This document shows, in pieces, positions 10,453 to 20,810 of a stretch of DNA of 24,000 nt. The stretch's first letter is position 1. Every line of letters starts with the position of its first letter. Position numbers and translations under genes: made by a program. Source of the DNA: Candidatus Jordarchaeia archaeon. Lineage in GTDB: Archaea > Asgardarchaeota > Jordiarchaeia > Jordiarchaeales > Jordiarchaeaceae. The stretch spans positions 1 to 24,000 of the forward strand of contig JAHAWU010000018.1 in the NCBI GenBank assembly GCA_018383815.1, given 5' to 3'. A model generated the notes under the pieces. The model worked only from the letters and a program-made list of their open reading frames with translations. It was not told the origin of the DNA and did no database searches.

Positions 10453-10770
10453 TTAAACTCCCTTGACCTTTTCTTTGACTTTGTCAAGATCACCGACTTC
10501 CAGCACAATGGGGAGCTGGGCATACCCTGGTAAGCCGTGTGTGATTTCTTCAAGCAAGTATACCAGCGCTTCTTTGGGTGTCAAATTCCTCTCCTCTAGA
10601 TTTGCCTCAGGTAATGTTAACGATGCTTCCACCCATTTTTCCTTAGTTGCGGAATCTGTTGGAAACAGGCAGTAAATATAATCCTCGGTATTGATGATTA
10701 TCGAGGGGGGTTTTGTCCAAGCCTCGTCGAGGTATTTAAGCATTTTTTCAACATTTTTTTCTTTCGACAT
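10453..10770 (-). CDS. Hypothetical protein (105 aa from the ATG at 10770; the track ORF begins at a GTG at 10785)
   Basis: The ORF converges on the SPFH gene. I recognise no family, and the start choice is uncertain. Confidence 0.45.
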   Translation of the reverse strand: MSKEKNVEKMLKYLDEAWTKPPSIIINTEDYIYCLFPTDSATKEKWVEASLTLPEANLEERNLTPKEALVYLLEEITHGLPGYAQLPIVLEVGDLDKVKEKVKGV

Positions 10771-10990
10771 TGATTCACCAACCACTATTTGGGAGCGAGT
10801 TCTGTAGATTCAACTATCTTAATTACACAGAATTCACTAATAAAAATATGTCCTATCTTATTATGCATTAGCTGTACTTGTATATTATTTAAAAATCAAT
10901 CCTTTAAAAACATATTAGTTGTGGGTTTAGGGTATAGTTTAAATATTTTTCAACGTTATTTTAATCCAAAATGTGCTCGGTGGAGAATAC

Positions 10991-12226
10991 ATGAAGACCA
11001 TACAAGTAATTGTGCCGACTGAAGAGTCAGGGCGAATAGCAAAGATTTTAAGTGATTCAGGAAGGGATTTCTCAACGGTTTCCGGTAAGGAGAATACCCT
11101 AATTCTAATCACCTCAGAGGACGACGATGTAGATGCGGTTCTATACGAGTTAAAACGTTTGGGTGTAGGCAGGGAGTTCGGAAAAATCCAATTAACTCCC
11201 TTAACTGCTTCTCTGCCTTCGATAATCACAAAGAAACCCTTAATTTCCTTCAAACGTTCATCCAGCGATGAAATTATCCAGATGGTGGAAAAGTCAGCTA
11301 AGATCAACATTAATTACATTGTGTTAACAATCCTTGCGGGCGTTTTGGCATCTTTAGGACTACTAGGGAACAATGCCGCAGTAATAATTGGCAGTATGGT
11401 GGTATCTCCCCTTATGGGACCAATTACTGGTACCGCTATGGGAACGGTTCTCAGTAAAAGAGAAATGTTTATGGATAGTGTTAAGGCGGAAGCTGTGGGT
11501 ATTCTTCTCGCTATAGCTCTTGGTTTATTCTTGACTTACCTATTTCCAGGGGCTGCGCCAACTTCTGAGATTTTAGCCAGATCCCGACCAAACATAGCTG
11601 ATATGGCACTAGCTATAGCATCAGGTTTTGCGGCTGGCGTGGCACTCAGTGGCGGTCTGGAATCTACACTAGTGGGAGTAGCGGTGGCCGCGTCACTTCT
11701 TCCGCCCGCAGCAAACATTGGGGTCGGCATAGCTTTGGCTCAGTACGGTATTGCCGCAGGTTCGCTTGAACTATTATTAATCAACATTTTCAGCATAAAT
11801 TTGTGCTGCACTGCACTGTTCTGGATTCAGGGAATAAGGCCCGCGGTTTCTGTAAGGAAAGAAAGAGTGGCTGCAAGGGTTTTACGTAGAAGGCTGGTTA
11901 TCGTTTTAATCGCTCTATTAGTTTTGGCGATGCCAATAGGCGTCACAACCCAGAGCCTGTACAAGCAAGCAAAGTACACGAATGTTGTCAACACAGCTGT
12001 TTACTCTCTAGCTCTACCACCAAATAATGCTCTCCCCGGAAATATTTGGACCTTATATGATCCTACAACAAACACACTCTGGGTTACTGCCCTAATCTTT
12101 ACGCCATCAGGAGCTGTACCACCGGATCTTGCTCAAACCCTCTCTCTAATCATATCCTTAGGTACAGGAATTCCAACAGTAACAGTTTTGGCAAGTGTAC
12201 AAGCCACGATACTGAGTACCATATGA
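10991..12226 (+). CDS. DUF389 family integral membrane protein (TIGR00341-like)
   Basis: A soluble N-terminal domain (MKTIQVIVPTEE...) is followed by a hydrophobic core containing IIGSMVVSPLMGPITG and LLPPAANIG, characteristic of DUF389. The ATG at 10991 has GGTGGAG upstream. A roughly 95-aa C-terminal extension follows the last TM segment. Confidence 0.75.
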   Translation: MKTIQVIVPTEESGRIAKILSDSGRDFSTVSGKENTLILITSEDDDVDAVLYELKRLGVGREFGKIQLTPLTASLPSIITKKPLISFKRSSSDEIIQMVEKSAKININYIVLTILAGVLASLGLLGNNAAVIIGSMVVSPLMGPITGTAMGTVLSKREMFMDSVKAEAVGILLAIALGLFLTYLFPGAAPTSEILARSRPNIADMALAIASGFAAGVALSGGLESTLVGVAVAASLLPPAANIGVGIALAQYGIAAGSLELLLINIFSINLCCTALFWIQGIRPAVSVRKERVAARVLRRRLVIVLIALLVLAMPIGVTTQSLYKQAKYTNVVNTAVYSLALPPNNALPGNIWTLYDPTTNTLWVTALIFTPSGAVPPDLAQTLSLIISLGTGIPTVTVLASVQATILSTI

Positions 12227-12259
12227 TGATCTTCAGAAAAAACTTGAAATGTTTCCTCA

Positions 12260-12275
12260 TTTTCCTTTTTTCCTT
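12260..12275 (+). terminator. T-rich tract (TTTTCCTTTTTTCCTT), a candidate terminator after the DUF389 gene
   Basis: It lies 35-50 nt after the stop at 12226. Assigned from the oligo-T rule only. Confidence 0.25.
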
Positions 12276-12404
12276 AAAAAGTACTTTTATATGTGGTTGG
12301 TTCCTAATTACTCTATAGAACTTCTTTCTTTGTTGGATAGTTACAGATTCCATACATAAAAAAACTCAATGTATTGATTTAGTCGAAAGAAGAGGCAGAG
12401 AAAA

Positions 12405-13169
12405 ATGAGTGAGAAGGTTTGTCCAAGTTGCGGGAAGACCGCTAAGGCGGGTATGAAATACTGCATGTACTGCGGGGAAAAGCTAGAGGAAAAGGATGAG
12501 TGGTTCAGCGAAGAAAAACCAGAGGAAATGCAGCTGGAATCTTTTCATGAAGCCGTCGAAGAGATTTCCGGCAAAGAGGAGATTCCCGAGGATATTAAGT
12601 ATCAATTAGAGTTGAGAACAAAACTGGAAGAACTCATCGGGGAAAGGTCTGAGCTTACCAGGGAGATAGATAGGATGATGGAGGGATTGTCAGGGGATAT
12701 ATCTATCGAAGAGTACAAAAACAAAATAAAGAATTTAAAAAACCGGGTAGCTGAACTCAAAAAGGAGGAGAAAGACATAGAGAAGCTAATAAAACCTTTA
12801 CCATTAGAGAAAACATCCAAAGAAAAAGAGGAACTAAAGGCGCGATTAGATAAACTTAAGGAAGTTTACAGATCTAAAGAAATCAGCAATGAAACATTCG
12901 AAAAGCTACGCAAAGAATACGAAAAAGAACTCGAAGAAATAAAGAAAAGACACAGAATCGAAAAAGACAGGGTGGAGAGCTGGATTGTACACCTAGAAAA
13001 AGAGAGAAAAAACATCCAAGAAACTTTAGAGCTACTATACGCAAGACACAAAACAGGAGAATTGGCTGAAGGGGAATACCAGAAAAAGAAGGAAGAACTG
13101 GAAAAAACCCTTACAAGAACTCAAATAAGCCTAGAAAATCTAAAAATAGAGGTACGCCAGTGGGGCTAA
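12405..13169 (+). CDS. Zinc-ribbon protein with a long Glu/Lys-rich coiled coil
   Basis: The N-terminal CPSCGKTAKAGMKYCMYCGEKL is a CxxC...CxxC zinc ribbon. The remaining roughly 220 aa are E/K-rich heptad-like sequence with three internal repeats. The start is ATG with an AGAGG-rich leader. Confidence 0.7.
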   Translation: MSEKVCPSCGKTAKAGMKYCMYCGEKLEEKDEWFSEEKPEEMQLESFHEAVEEISGKEEIPEDIKYQLELRTKLEELIGERSELTREIDRMMEGLSGDISIEEYKNKIKNLKNRVAELKKEEKDIEKLIKPLPLEKTSKEKEELKARLDKLKEVYRSKEISNETFEKLRKEYEKELEEIKKRHRIEKDRVESWIVHLEKERKNIQETLELLYARHKTGELAEGEYQKKKEELEKTLTRTQISLENLKIEVRQWG

Positions 13170-13630
13170 AAAAAGATAGTACCCTTCTCCTGCTAAAAAA
13201 CAAGTTTGCTTCTTCGTCTGAGGCGCAAAACTCATGCGAGTCTACCTCGCAAATATCAAAAGTAAGAAACCAACATACGCTGAAAGCGTTTAGATAAAGT
13301 ATGAAAAAGTTTTTCATGGCAAATTAGTATATTAACAGCTCGTGGAAATCGGCCATATCCTTATGTCTTCTCTTAAAATTATATTGAACAAAAAGCAAAT
13401 ATAGTTTAGTAGTTTCTATGTTTTGTGTAATTGCCTAGGTACTTGTTTTCCTTATCGGAAAGGTGATTTTTCGCGATAATAAATTTAAATTTATTCTGAA
13501 ACTTTATATTCTTCCCTCTACTTGACATAGAAAAAAGTAAAACTATGCAACCTGATACTCGTATCGGAAAGTTTATTTATTCGTGTTTATTTTCTGTACT
13601 ATAGAATATTAATTTAGGAGCTGTAGTGTT

Positions 13631-13969
13631 TTGGTTGGGAAACCATGCCAACCCTCTTGCCAGTTCTTTCAGTGTACACAGCGCGCACTCCAACCGAGAA
13701 GAACTAAACGGGGAACAGAACTTTTCTGCTCTTGGGGCGAAGATCTCTGCATAGGGCCGCAATGCATACATGCGGACTGTGTTAGAAAAAAATTAAAATC
13801 AGACCTTACATGTGGTCTTGAGCCGCCTAAGCCTCAACAGTTTAAAAAAATCGAACAAGAATTCGAAGTAGAACCCGTAAGAATATCTGAGAAGTGGTCT
13901 CTTGATCATGTTCCCATAAGAGCGAAAACACTGAAGAGGATTAAGGCCCTTAAATATGACATAGACTGA
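13631..13969 (+). CDS. Hypothetical Cys-rich small protein (112 aa)
   Basis: TTG start with AGGAG 11 nt upstream. There are about ten Cys residues in the first 70 aa (CQPSCQFFQC, FCSWGEDLCIGPQCIHADC). I recognise no family. Confidence 0.35.
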   Translation: MVGKPCQPSCQFFQCTQRALQPRRTKRGTELFCSWGEDLCIGPQCIHADCVRKKLKSDLTCGLEPPKPQQFKKIEQEFEVEPVRISEKWSLDHVPIRAKTLKRIKALKYDID

Positions 13970-14244
13970 GTGTAATTAGGCGTTTTCGACCTGCAAAATA
14001 GTTCCTCTATTTACTTTTAATTTTTTATTTATCCTCAAATATTTTCTTATTTCTCTAGTTTTAAAATATACATTTTTTGAGGCTTCAGTTACCTTTTTCC
14101 TTGTTCTCGTGTTCCTTTTTTCTTTTAAACTCAGATTTATAATATTGTTATAATTTGATGCTCCATCTAACAAATGAGGGTTAAAATTATGAAGAGTGGC
14201 CGATTGGAAGCATTTTAATTTTCCAAGAGGCCTTCTTGGTACCT

Positions 14245-15183
14245 TTAGGTTTTATAGTTTAGGAAGGTGTCTAGGCGGGACTTTGAAATTTTGTATTCTG
14301 GTTCTTGGCTACTCATCAGGTAATTCCTTATTTTTAGTGTTTCATTAATTCTCTCATCAATACTATCTTTTTCACTTTTCGATTCGCAGATCATTATGGT
14401 TTTTTGTAAAAAATTTTGTTCCTTCAAAAAGGACAGAATGAACTTCCATGGTAGTTGATTCGATTTGTTGTCAAGAGTGGTGTGGGCTTTTTCCCCTCTT
14501 CTTGTGGTTATGATTCCAGAAATGTGTATGGGCACCTTATATTTTTTCAGGTCTATACTGCTTTCTAGCAATTCTAGTCTACGTAGTAAACCTGCCTCAT
14601 TTGTTACCATTCCTCCCCTGGCGAAGTCATGGGCTAAGTCCCAACAAATCAGGCAGTTAGTTTCAGCTGCCATCCTAATTAGGGTGTCGAAGTCTGCGAA
14701 GGATTTAACCTTTCCAGCAACTTCTGGTGCCAGCATAACTTTGTGTCCCCTATTCTCTCTGATCTTCATAATTTCGGTTAAGAGACTCTTGACTCTTGTT
14801 TCGCTGGTTCTGGTTTTCATTGAGCCACAGTGGAATGTAATGTGGGTAGCGCCCAGTATATCGCCCAGTTTTAAATTAATGCTGAAGTGTGCCTTTGTGT
14901 TCTTTACACGTTTGGCGCTACTGGTGGTTAAACTTATGACGTAGGGTGCATGTACACTTACGAGCAGACCGCGAAGATTTTCTGACAACATTTGTGCCTG
15001 TTCCACGGTGGGATAAAGAGGAGCGGAGCTGCCTTTGGGGGCGTAGAGCACGTTGCCTAGGAAAAGAATTTCTAAAGCGTTAAGTTCATTCTCATGTAGT
15101 CTGCTTACTATGTGGGAAACTTTTTCGTATGTTGTGTATACTGAAAAGTGGAATGCGGGAAAACCCAAAAACAAATCTCTCAC
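14245..15183 (-). CDS. Endonuclease IV-like / xylose-isomerase-like TIM-barrel protein (AP endonuclease family 2 fold)
   Basis: The motif order resembles Nfo metal ligands: VHAPYVISL, ITFHCGS, LAPEVAGK, CWDLAHDFARGG, VPIHISG, MICES. The start is GTG. Confidence 0.6.
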   Translation of the reverse strand: MRDLFLGFPAFHFSVYTTYEKVSHIVSRLHENELNALEILFLGNVLYAPKGSSAPLYPTVEQAQMLSENLRGLLVSVHAPYVISLTTSSAKRVKNTKAHFSINLKLGDILGATHITFHCGSMKTRTSETRVKSLLTEIMKIRENRGHKVMLAPEVAGKVKSFADFDTLIRMAAETNCLICWDLAHDFARGGMVTNEAGLLRRLELLESSIDLKKYKVPIHISGIITTRRGEKAHTTLDNKSNQLPWKFILSFLKEQNFLQKTIMICESKSEKDSIDERINETLKIRNYLMSSQEPEYKISKSRLDTFLNYKT

Positions 15184-15419
15184 CAGATGAGTGTGGAATA
15201 ACTAGTGATGCGGTGCTATTATTGTTTTTCATTGTTTAGGGACTGATTATATATCCTCTTTCTTTATTAATTATGTGGTTGTTTCTTTTTTAGATAAATT
15301 TATATGTCAGTTTGGACAATTAGCCCATGGTTAAATGTATTCATCTTCACTGAAGTGTAATTAACTACACTAAACTATTAGGAGATGAGGGAGAGCAAAC
15401 ATAACAAAGAGGGAAAAAA

Positions 15420-16421
15420 GTGAAAATAAGAATAAAAACCCCGAGCCGGCTGCACTTCACCCTAATCGATCTCAACGGTGCACACGGTAGAATTGATGGG
15501 GGAATAGGAGTAGCACTAAATTATCCAAATGTGTTAATAGAAGCGGAAAACGCAGACAAAATCATAGTGGAAGGAGAAAAAAAGGAGCTAACAGAATCCA
15601 TTGCTAAAAATGTCATTGACAAAATCGCGCCCGGAAGTGGTATAAAAATAAAAGTTAAATCTACAATACCCGAACACATAGGTTTAGGATCAAAAACCCA
15701 ACTCTCCCTAGCAGTGGCAACTGCAATCAGCAGAATCAATGGAGCCGCCTTCTCAGTAAGAGAATTAGCAAGGATCGTTGGGCGAGCTGGAACATCGGGC
15801 ATAGGCGTTGCCGCCTTTGAACGGGGAGGCTTTATAATGGATGGAGGTCACACCTTTGGGCCGGGAAAACAGAAAGAAAAGTTTTTACCTTCATCAGCTT
15901 CAAACGCTCCCCCCGCACCTATCATAATTAGACAGGATGTTCCTGAGGATTGGTTATTTGTGATCGGAGTACCTAATGTGGACCGGGGGGCGCATGGATC
16001 CCGAGAGGTGGGAATTTTTCAAAAATATTGTCCCATTCCCTTAAGTGAAGTTGAAAAACTTAGCCACCTCATCTTGATGAAAACTCTTCCGGCGGTGGTA
16101 GAAGGAGACATCCAAAATTTTGGAGAAAGCCTTTTTGAAATACAGAAGATAGGTTTCAAAAAGATAGAAGTTGAGTTACAGGATCCAGTGGTAAAAAATT
16201 TAATAAATCATATGATGGTGAAGGGTGCCTATGGTTCGGGGGTAAGTTCTTTCGGCCCCGCAGTTTATGGATTAGTGGAAGGAATAGAGGCCGCCCAAAA
16301 ATTAGCCTTAGAAACAGAGCGTTTCCTCAAAAAACACACCGGAGGAAGCGTATTCATTTCAGGCGTTAACAACAGTGGCGTTGAAATAGAAGAAACCGAT
16401 TTAATATTACTAAGCAGCTGA
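15420..16421 (+). CDS. mptG: Beta-ribofuranosylaminobenzene 5'-phosphate (RFAP) synthase, the first committed step of methanopterin biosynthesis (GHMP-kinase fold)
   Basis: The N-terminus MKIRIKTPSRLHFTLIDLNGAHGRIDGGIGVAL matches the RFAP synthase family signature (TPSRLHFxLIDL). The GHMP-like motif is PEHIGLGSKTQLSLAVA. The start is GTG. Confidence 0.8.
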   Translation: MKIRIKTPSRLHFTLIDLNGAHGRIDGGIGVALNYPNVLIEAENADKIIVEGEKKELTESIAKNVIDKIAPGSGIKIKVKSTIPEHIGLGSKTQLSLAVATAISRINGAAFSVRELARIVGRAGTSGIGVAAFERGGFIMDGGHTFGPGKQKEKFLPSSASNAPPAPIIIRQDVPEDWLFVIGVPNVDRGAHGSREVGIFQKYCPIPLSEVEKLSHLILMKTLPAVVEGDIQNFGESLFEIQKIGFKKIEVELQDPVVKNLINHMMVKGAYGSGVSSFGPAVYGLVEGIEAAQKLALETERFLKKHTGGSVFISGVNNSGVEIEETDLILLSS

Positions 16422-16453
16422 TTTTTTAATCCCTATTTGTAAGGGGGCTTCTT

Positions 16454-17533
16454 ATGGTTAGAGTTTGTGGAATTGATCCAGGAACTGGATCATGGGATTT
16501 TATAGGGTTAGACGGCGGAAAAGTGGTTCTAGACACTTCCATTCCCACTAAAAACATTGTTTCGGAACCTTCACTGGTAATTGACGTGGTAAAGTCAATG
16601 GGCAACCTAGACTTAATTGTTGCTCCCAGCGGGTATGGCCTGCCGCTCACCAGAATTGAGGAACTTGACGAGAAAAAATCCTTTCTTCTTACACTAAAGA
16701 GGGAGGAGGAGAGGAAACTAATAGGGCTGAACGAAGTGATTGAGCTTCTTAAGCGTGAAAAAATAAACGGTTACTTCATTCCGGGAGTCAAACATTTACC
16801 CACCGTCCCCAAATTTAGAAAGGTGGGTAAAATAGATATGGGAACCTCAGACAAACTCTGCAGCGTAGCACTTGCACTATATGAGGAGTCCAGAAGGCTG
16901 CAAAAAGACTACAGCAAAATATCCTTTGTTCTGGTGGAGATGGGTAGCGGATTCACCGCAGTTATGGGAATTAAGAATGGACAAATAGTTGATGGGATAG
17001 GGGGAGCAGAGGGAGGTATAGGGTTTTTAGCCTGTGGAGGACTGGATGCAGAAGTAGCCTATTTACTGGGTAAATTTGACAAGAACCTGCTATATACGGG
17101 TGGAGCTGCATACATTGCGGGGTATAATGGGTTAAGCCCCCAGGAATTCGAAATTATGGCTGAGAGGGATGAACGTTTCAACATTGCTTGGGAAGCTCTC
17201 CTAGAAGGCACCGTTAAGGACATTGCAGCAATCAACGTTTCAGTAGGTGATGCGCCCCAAATACTTCTCTCAGGTAGGCTATCAAGGGTGGAAGGAATTC
17301 GAAGGGAACTTACCCAAAGATTGTCAGGCTTCGCAGGTGTCAGAAGAGTTGAGGGGTTTGCCAAAATCGCGAAGGAGGCGGCTCAGGGTGCGGCTCTAAT
17401 TGCTGATGGATTGGCTGGAGGCAGTAACGAGGATTTGGTTGAATCTTTGAAGATTAGGGAGGCTTCGGGAACTGTTCTTGACTATGTTTATTTTAAAGAG
17501 ATTGAAGAGTTGAGGGAGAGAATTGGTATTTAA
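16454..17533 (+). CDS. DUF1464 family protein, ASKHA (acetate/sugar kinase-Hsp70-actin) fold ATPase-like
   Basis: The N-terminal phosphate-1 type motif is VCGIDPGTGSWDF, with later Gly-rich motifs (VEMGSGFTAV, DGIGGAEGG). At 359 aa it is embedded in the H4MPT operon. Confidence 0.65.
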   Translation: MVRVCGIDPGTGSWDFIGLDGGKVVLDTSIPTKNIVSEPSLVIDVVKSMGNLDLIVAPSGYGLPLTRIEELDEKKSFLLTLKREEERKLIGLNEVIELLKREKINGYFIPGVKHLPTVPKFRKVGKIDMGTSDKLCSVALALYEESRRLQKDYSKISFVLVEMGSGFTAVMGIKNGQIVDGIGGAEGGIGFLACGGLDAEVAYLLGKFDKNLLYTGGAAYIAGYNGLSPQEFEIMAERDERFNIAWEALLEGTVKDIAAINVSVGDAPQILLSGRLSRVEGIRRELTQRLSGFAGVRRVEGFAKIAKEAAQGAALIADGLAGGSNEDLVESLKIREASGTVLDYVYFKEIEELRERIGI

Positions 17534-18254
17534 TATTGCATGGTGTATTACGGGAGCCGGTCATCTCCTTCTTGATAGCTTTGAGGTATTCTTAAAGTTG
17601 GCTAGTAATAGGCAGTTTAAAATCACCACTTTTTTGTCATGTGCAGGAGAAGAGGTGGCTCGCATTTATGGAGTTCTTGACAAGCTTAATCAGATATCTC
17701 CGGGAGGCTATTATCAAGAAATAGTTTTGGAGAGGGAGCAGGGGAAGGGGTTTCCCAAGGCGGGTAGGCTTGCTAGGGGGACTTATGCTCTTCTTGTGAT
17801 TTCGCCAGCAACAGCCAATACTGTGGCAAAGATAGCTTGCGGAATAGCTGACACTTTGGTGACCTCCGCCTTTGCACAGGCGCAGAAGGGATACGTACCA
17901 GTATACATTGTACCTACAGATTATAAGGAGGGCGTAGTTACCACAAAGCTACCCGTTGTTATAGACCATGAAGCTTGTAGAGGATGTGATACTTGTCCAC
18001 CTCTAATAAAATGTTCAAGCAATGCTATTAAGATGGTTGGGAAGCCCAACATTGATTTGACCCTGTGCCGAGGCTGCAAAATATGTGTAGACCTATGTCC
18101 TTATGGCGCAATTAGTTTTGGAAAAGAGGTAAAAACCAGGGTGCGAAAATTAGACGCAGAAAACGTGCGCAAAATATTGCTCTTTGAGGGTGTAACGGTT
18201 TTGGAGAAACCCTCCGAAATTTATGATGCTATTCTATCTCTGGGTGTGAGTTAA
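17523..18254 (+). CDS. dmrX: DmrX-like iron-sulfur flavoprotein (dihydromethanopterin reductase type: flavoprotein domain plus 2x[4Fe-4S] ferredoxin domain)
   Basis: The flavoprotein-family N-terminus is IAWCITGAGHLL...ISPATANTVAKIACGIADTLVT. Two ferredoxin motifs follow: CRGCDTCPPLIKC and CRGCKICVDLCP. The TTG start overlaps the upstream gene by 11 nt. Confidence 0.65.
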   Translation: MVFNIAWCITGAGHLLLDSFEVFLKLASNRQFKITTFLSCAGEEVARIYGVLDKLNQISPGGYYQEIVLEREQGKGFPKAGRLARGTYALLVISPATANTVAKIACGIADTLVTSAFAQAQKGYVPVYIVPTDYKEGVVTTKLPVVIDHEACRGCDTCPPLIKCSSNAIKMVGKPNIDLTLCRGCKICVDLCPYGAISFGKEVKTRVRKLDAENVRKILLFEGVTVLEKPSEIYDAILSLGVS

Positions 18255-19814
18255 TTGAGGGTTTTACTAGTTACTGGGAGGCTGGCTAAAGAGTCCGTAG
18301 AGAAGGCCGCTTCTCAGAGTAGCCTAGAGGTTGACGTTGTCGAATTACCCGTTTCGGTGGCTGCCTTCTTATCTCCAGACTTTATAGTTAAACAGTTACG
18401 GGACAAAATTTCCAAAAAGTATGATTTGTTGATTGTTCCTGGTCTTGTGAAGGGGGATGTTAGCGTAATTGAGGATGAATTGAAAATTCCAACTTTTAAA
18501 GGTCCTAGGTATGCCTCTGATATCCCATTGATTCTGGACAATTTAGGTATCCCCCTATCAAAGATCTACCCTGCAGATTATATTCTTAAAAAAATTGGCA
18601 TAGAAGAGTACCAGCGTTTAATTTCTCAATTGGAAAAAAACATTGTTGAAGATTCTAGAAATTTCAAAATAGGGAGGGGAATCAAACCGGTTTATGTGGG
18701 TCTTGATTTTCCACCCAGAGTTCTAGCTGAGGTGGTTGACGCGCCAAAATTAGATTTGGAAAAGGTGATACGAACTGCAGAGTACTATGTCCGTTGCGGG
18801 GCGAGCATGATAGATGTGGGGGCAGTGGTGGGTGAGGATAATTCAAGTAAACTTGGAGAAATAATCTCCCTACTTAAGGAGAAATTTCTGGTGCCAGTAT
18901 CAATTGATTCCATGCTTCCCTCGGAGATAGAGGCAGGGGTGGAAGCTGGGGCGGACCTAGTTCTGAGTTTAGATACGGGTAACGTGGAGGAGTTGAAGTC
19001 TCTACCAAAGGATGTGGGTGTAGTTTTGCTTCCAACCAATGTTAAGATGGGATTCCTGCCCAAAACAGCTAAGGAGCGGGTTGAAAATCTACTAAATTTG
19101 TATTACACTGCTGAGAGATATGGATTCAAAAAAATCATTGTTGATCCCCTCCTAGAATCTCCAATTAGTCCGGGTCTATCCAAATCTTTGGAGTCCTACA
19201 TGCTATTCAGGAGAACTAATCAATTTCTGCCCATGATGTTTGGGGTGGGAAACGTCACAGAATTTATGGACGTTGATAGTGCGGGAGTCAATGGTCTTTT
19301 GGCTTGTTTAGCTGTAGAACTTGGCGTATCCCTTCTTCTAAATACAGAGCACAGTGTGAAAACTAGACGCAGCGTATATGAACTTAGTAGGGCGACCACT
19401 ATGGCCTTCATAGCTTCTAAAAAAGATAAAACATTAAAGGATTTGGGGTTGACATTGCTAAAATCAAAAAGTAAGACTGAGTACATAGAACCACGTGTTG
19501 AGAACGTTGAGGTGATAGAAACCGGCGTAGCCGATGAATCCTACGTCCCCGACCCTAAGGGATACTTCAAGATATGGGTTAACCATGAGGAGGGAAAATT
19601 ATATGTACTATTTAGTGATTCAAGCTCAAATAGGGAGCTGTTGCTCAAAGGCTTGTCTGCGGAGGCTCTGGGCAAAAAAATCATCTCTTTAGGACTAGTT
19701 AGCAGAATGGATCACGCACTGTACCTTGGTAGAGAATTGAGTAAGGCTGAAACATGTTTACTTTTGGGCAAGAGCTATGCTCAGGATTTGAATATTTTTG
19801 GAGAGGATGAATAG
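18255..19814 (+). CDS. Dihydropteroate-synthase-like pterin-binding enzyme of methanopterin biosynthesis (MJ0301 type, about 520 aa)
   Basis: The length and architecture fit the archaeal DHPS-like family: the N-terminal MRVLLVTGRLA domain, and a central pterin-binding TIM-like region (GASMIDVGA, VSIDS, DLVLSLD, IIVDP, GVGNVTE). The TTG start immediately follows the upstream TAA. Confidence 0.7.
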   Translation: MRVLLVTGRLAKESVEKAASQSSLEVDVVELPVSVAAFLSPDFIVKQLRDKISKKYDLLIVPGLVKGDVSVIEDELKIPTFKGPRYASDIPLILDNLGIPLSKIYPADYILKKIGIEEYQRLISQLEKNIVEDSRNFKIGRGIKPVYVGLDFPPRVLAEVVDAPKLDLEKVIRTAEYYVRCGASMIDVGAVVGEDNSSKLGEIISLLKEKFLVPVSIDSMLPSEIEAGVEAGADLVLSLDTGNVEELKSLPKDVGVVLLPTNVKMGFLPKTAKERVENLLNLYYTAERYGFKKIIVDPLLESPISPGLSKSLESYMLFRRTNQFLPMMFGVGNVTEFMDVDSAGVNGLLACLAVELGVSLLLNTEHSVKTRRSVYELSRATTMAFIASKKDKTLKDLGLTLLKSKSKTEYIEPRVENVEVIETGVADESYVPDPKGYFKIWVNHEEGKLYVLFSDSSSNRELLLKGLSAEALGKKIISLGLVSRMDHALYLGRELSKAETCLLLGKSYAQDLNIFGEDE

Positions 19815-20767
19815 TGGTGGAACTTCCAGATGTTCAAAACCAAGAAGCACTGTTACCTATAGATCTGGATAAGGTTGGTCTAGTTGGAATAGTTAAACGT
19901 GTCAAAATAACTAAAGATGGCGAGGAAATTATCCTATTACCCTCAATATCTGCATTCATCAATCTTCCTCGAAACATGAGGGGGATTCACATGTCTAGAA
20001 GCATTGAAACCATCGAGGAGATAATAGAGGAAATTTCCTATCGTCCCGTGGGAAGCATCGAGGAATTTTGTGAGAAACTAGTTAAGACACTTCTCGAGAA
20101 GCATGACTACGCTTCAAATGCCACAGTTAATATGGAGAGCCCACTGATCTTCGATGTAAAAAGTGGAGAAACAGGGGTTAAGAGGCAAAAGAATTACGTT
20201 GTGTATGTCAAAGCGGTAGGAGAGAGAAGGGAGGGCGAAATAGCCACAAAAATCTTTTTAGGGGTGAGTGGCCAAGGCATGACGGTCTGTCCCTGCGGGC
20301 AAGAAATCACTAAAGACTATTCCAGAATTATGCTTAAAAATAGAGCTAGGGAACTCCAGATAAGTGACGAATCCATTGAAAAAATTTTAAACCTCATACC
20401 AATAGCTTCACATAGCCAAAGGTGCAAGGCAAAAATAATGATAGAGGTTCCCAAAGAACAATTAGTGGGCATAAAAGACCTTACACAGATAATTGAGGAA
20501 TCCATGAGCGGTGTAACACAAGATGTTCTAAAGAGGCCAGATGAAGCCCAGCTAATACGCATAGCACACCTGAACCCCAAATTCGTCGAAGACACAGCCC
20601 GACATATAATTTACCGAAGCGCTCAAAAGTTTAAAGAACTACCAGACTCCACTGAAATAGTTGTTGAAGTAGAAAGCATGGAGTCCGTACATGGCTACAA
20701 TGCCTACGCCACAAAGGCCACCACCCTAGGAGAGATAAGAAAAGCGCTAAGACTATTCCCCAAATGA
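19814..20767 (+). CDS. mptA: GTP cyclohydrolase MptA (FolE2/MptA family, type IV)
   Basis: The N-terminal LPDVQN...IDLDKVGLVGI and the RGIHMSR motif are hallmarks of the FolE2/MptA family. The GTG start overlaps the upstream TAG (ATAGTG). Confidence 0.8.
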   Translation: MVELPDVQNQEALLPIDLDKVGLVGIVKRVKITKDGEEIILLPSISAFINLPRNMRGIHMSRSIETIEEIIEEISYRPVGSIEEFCEKLVKTLLEKHDYASNATVNMESPLIFDVKSGETGVKRQKNYVVYVKAVGERREGEIATKIFLGVSGQGMTVCPCGQEITKDYSRIMLKNRARELQISDESIEKILNLIPIASHSQRCKAKIMIEVPKEQLVGIKDLTQIIEESMSGVTQDVLKRPDEAQLIRIAHLNPKFVEDTARHIIYRSAQKFKELPDSTEIVVEVESMESVHGYNAYATKATTLGEIRKALRLFPK

Positions 20768-20810
20768 TAACTTGCAAAACTTAAAGCCACCAAAAATGTA
20801 GAAAAAATAA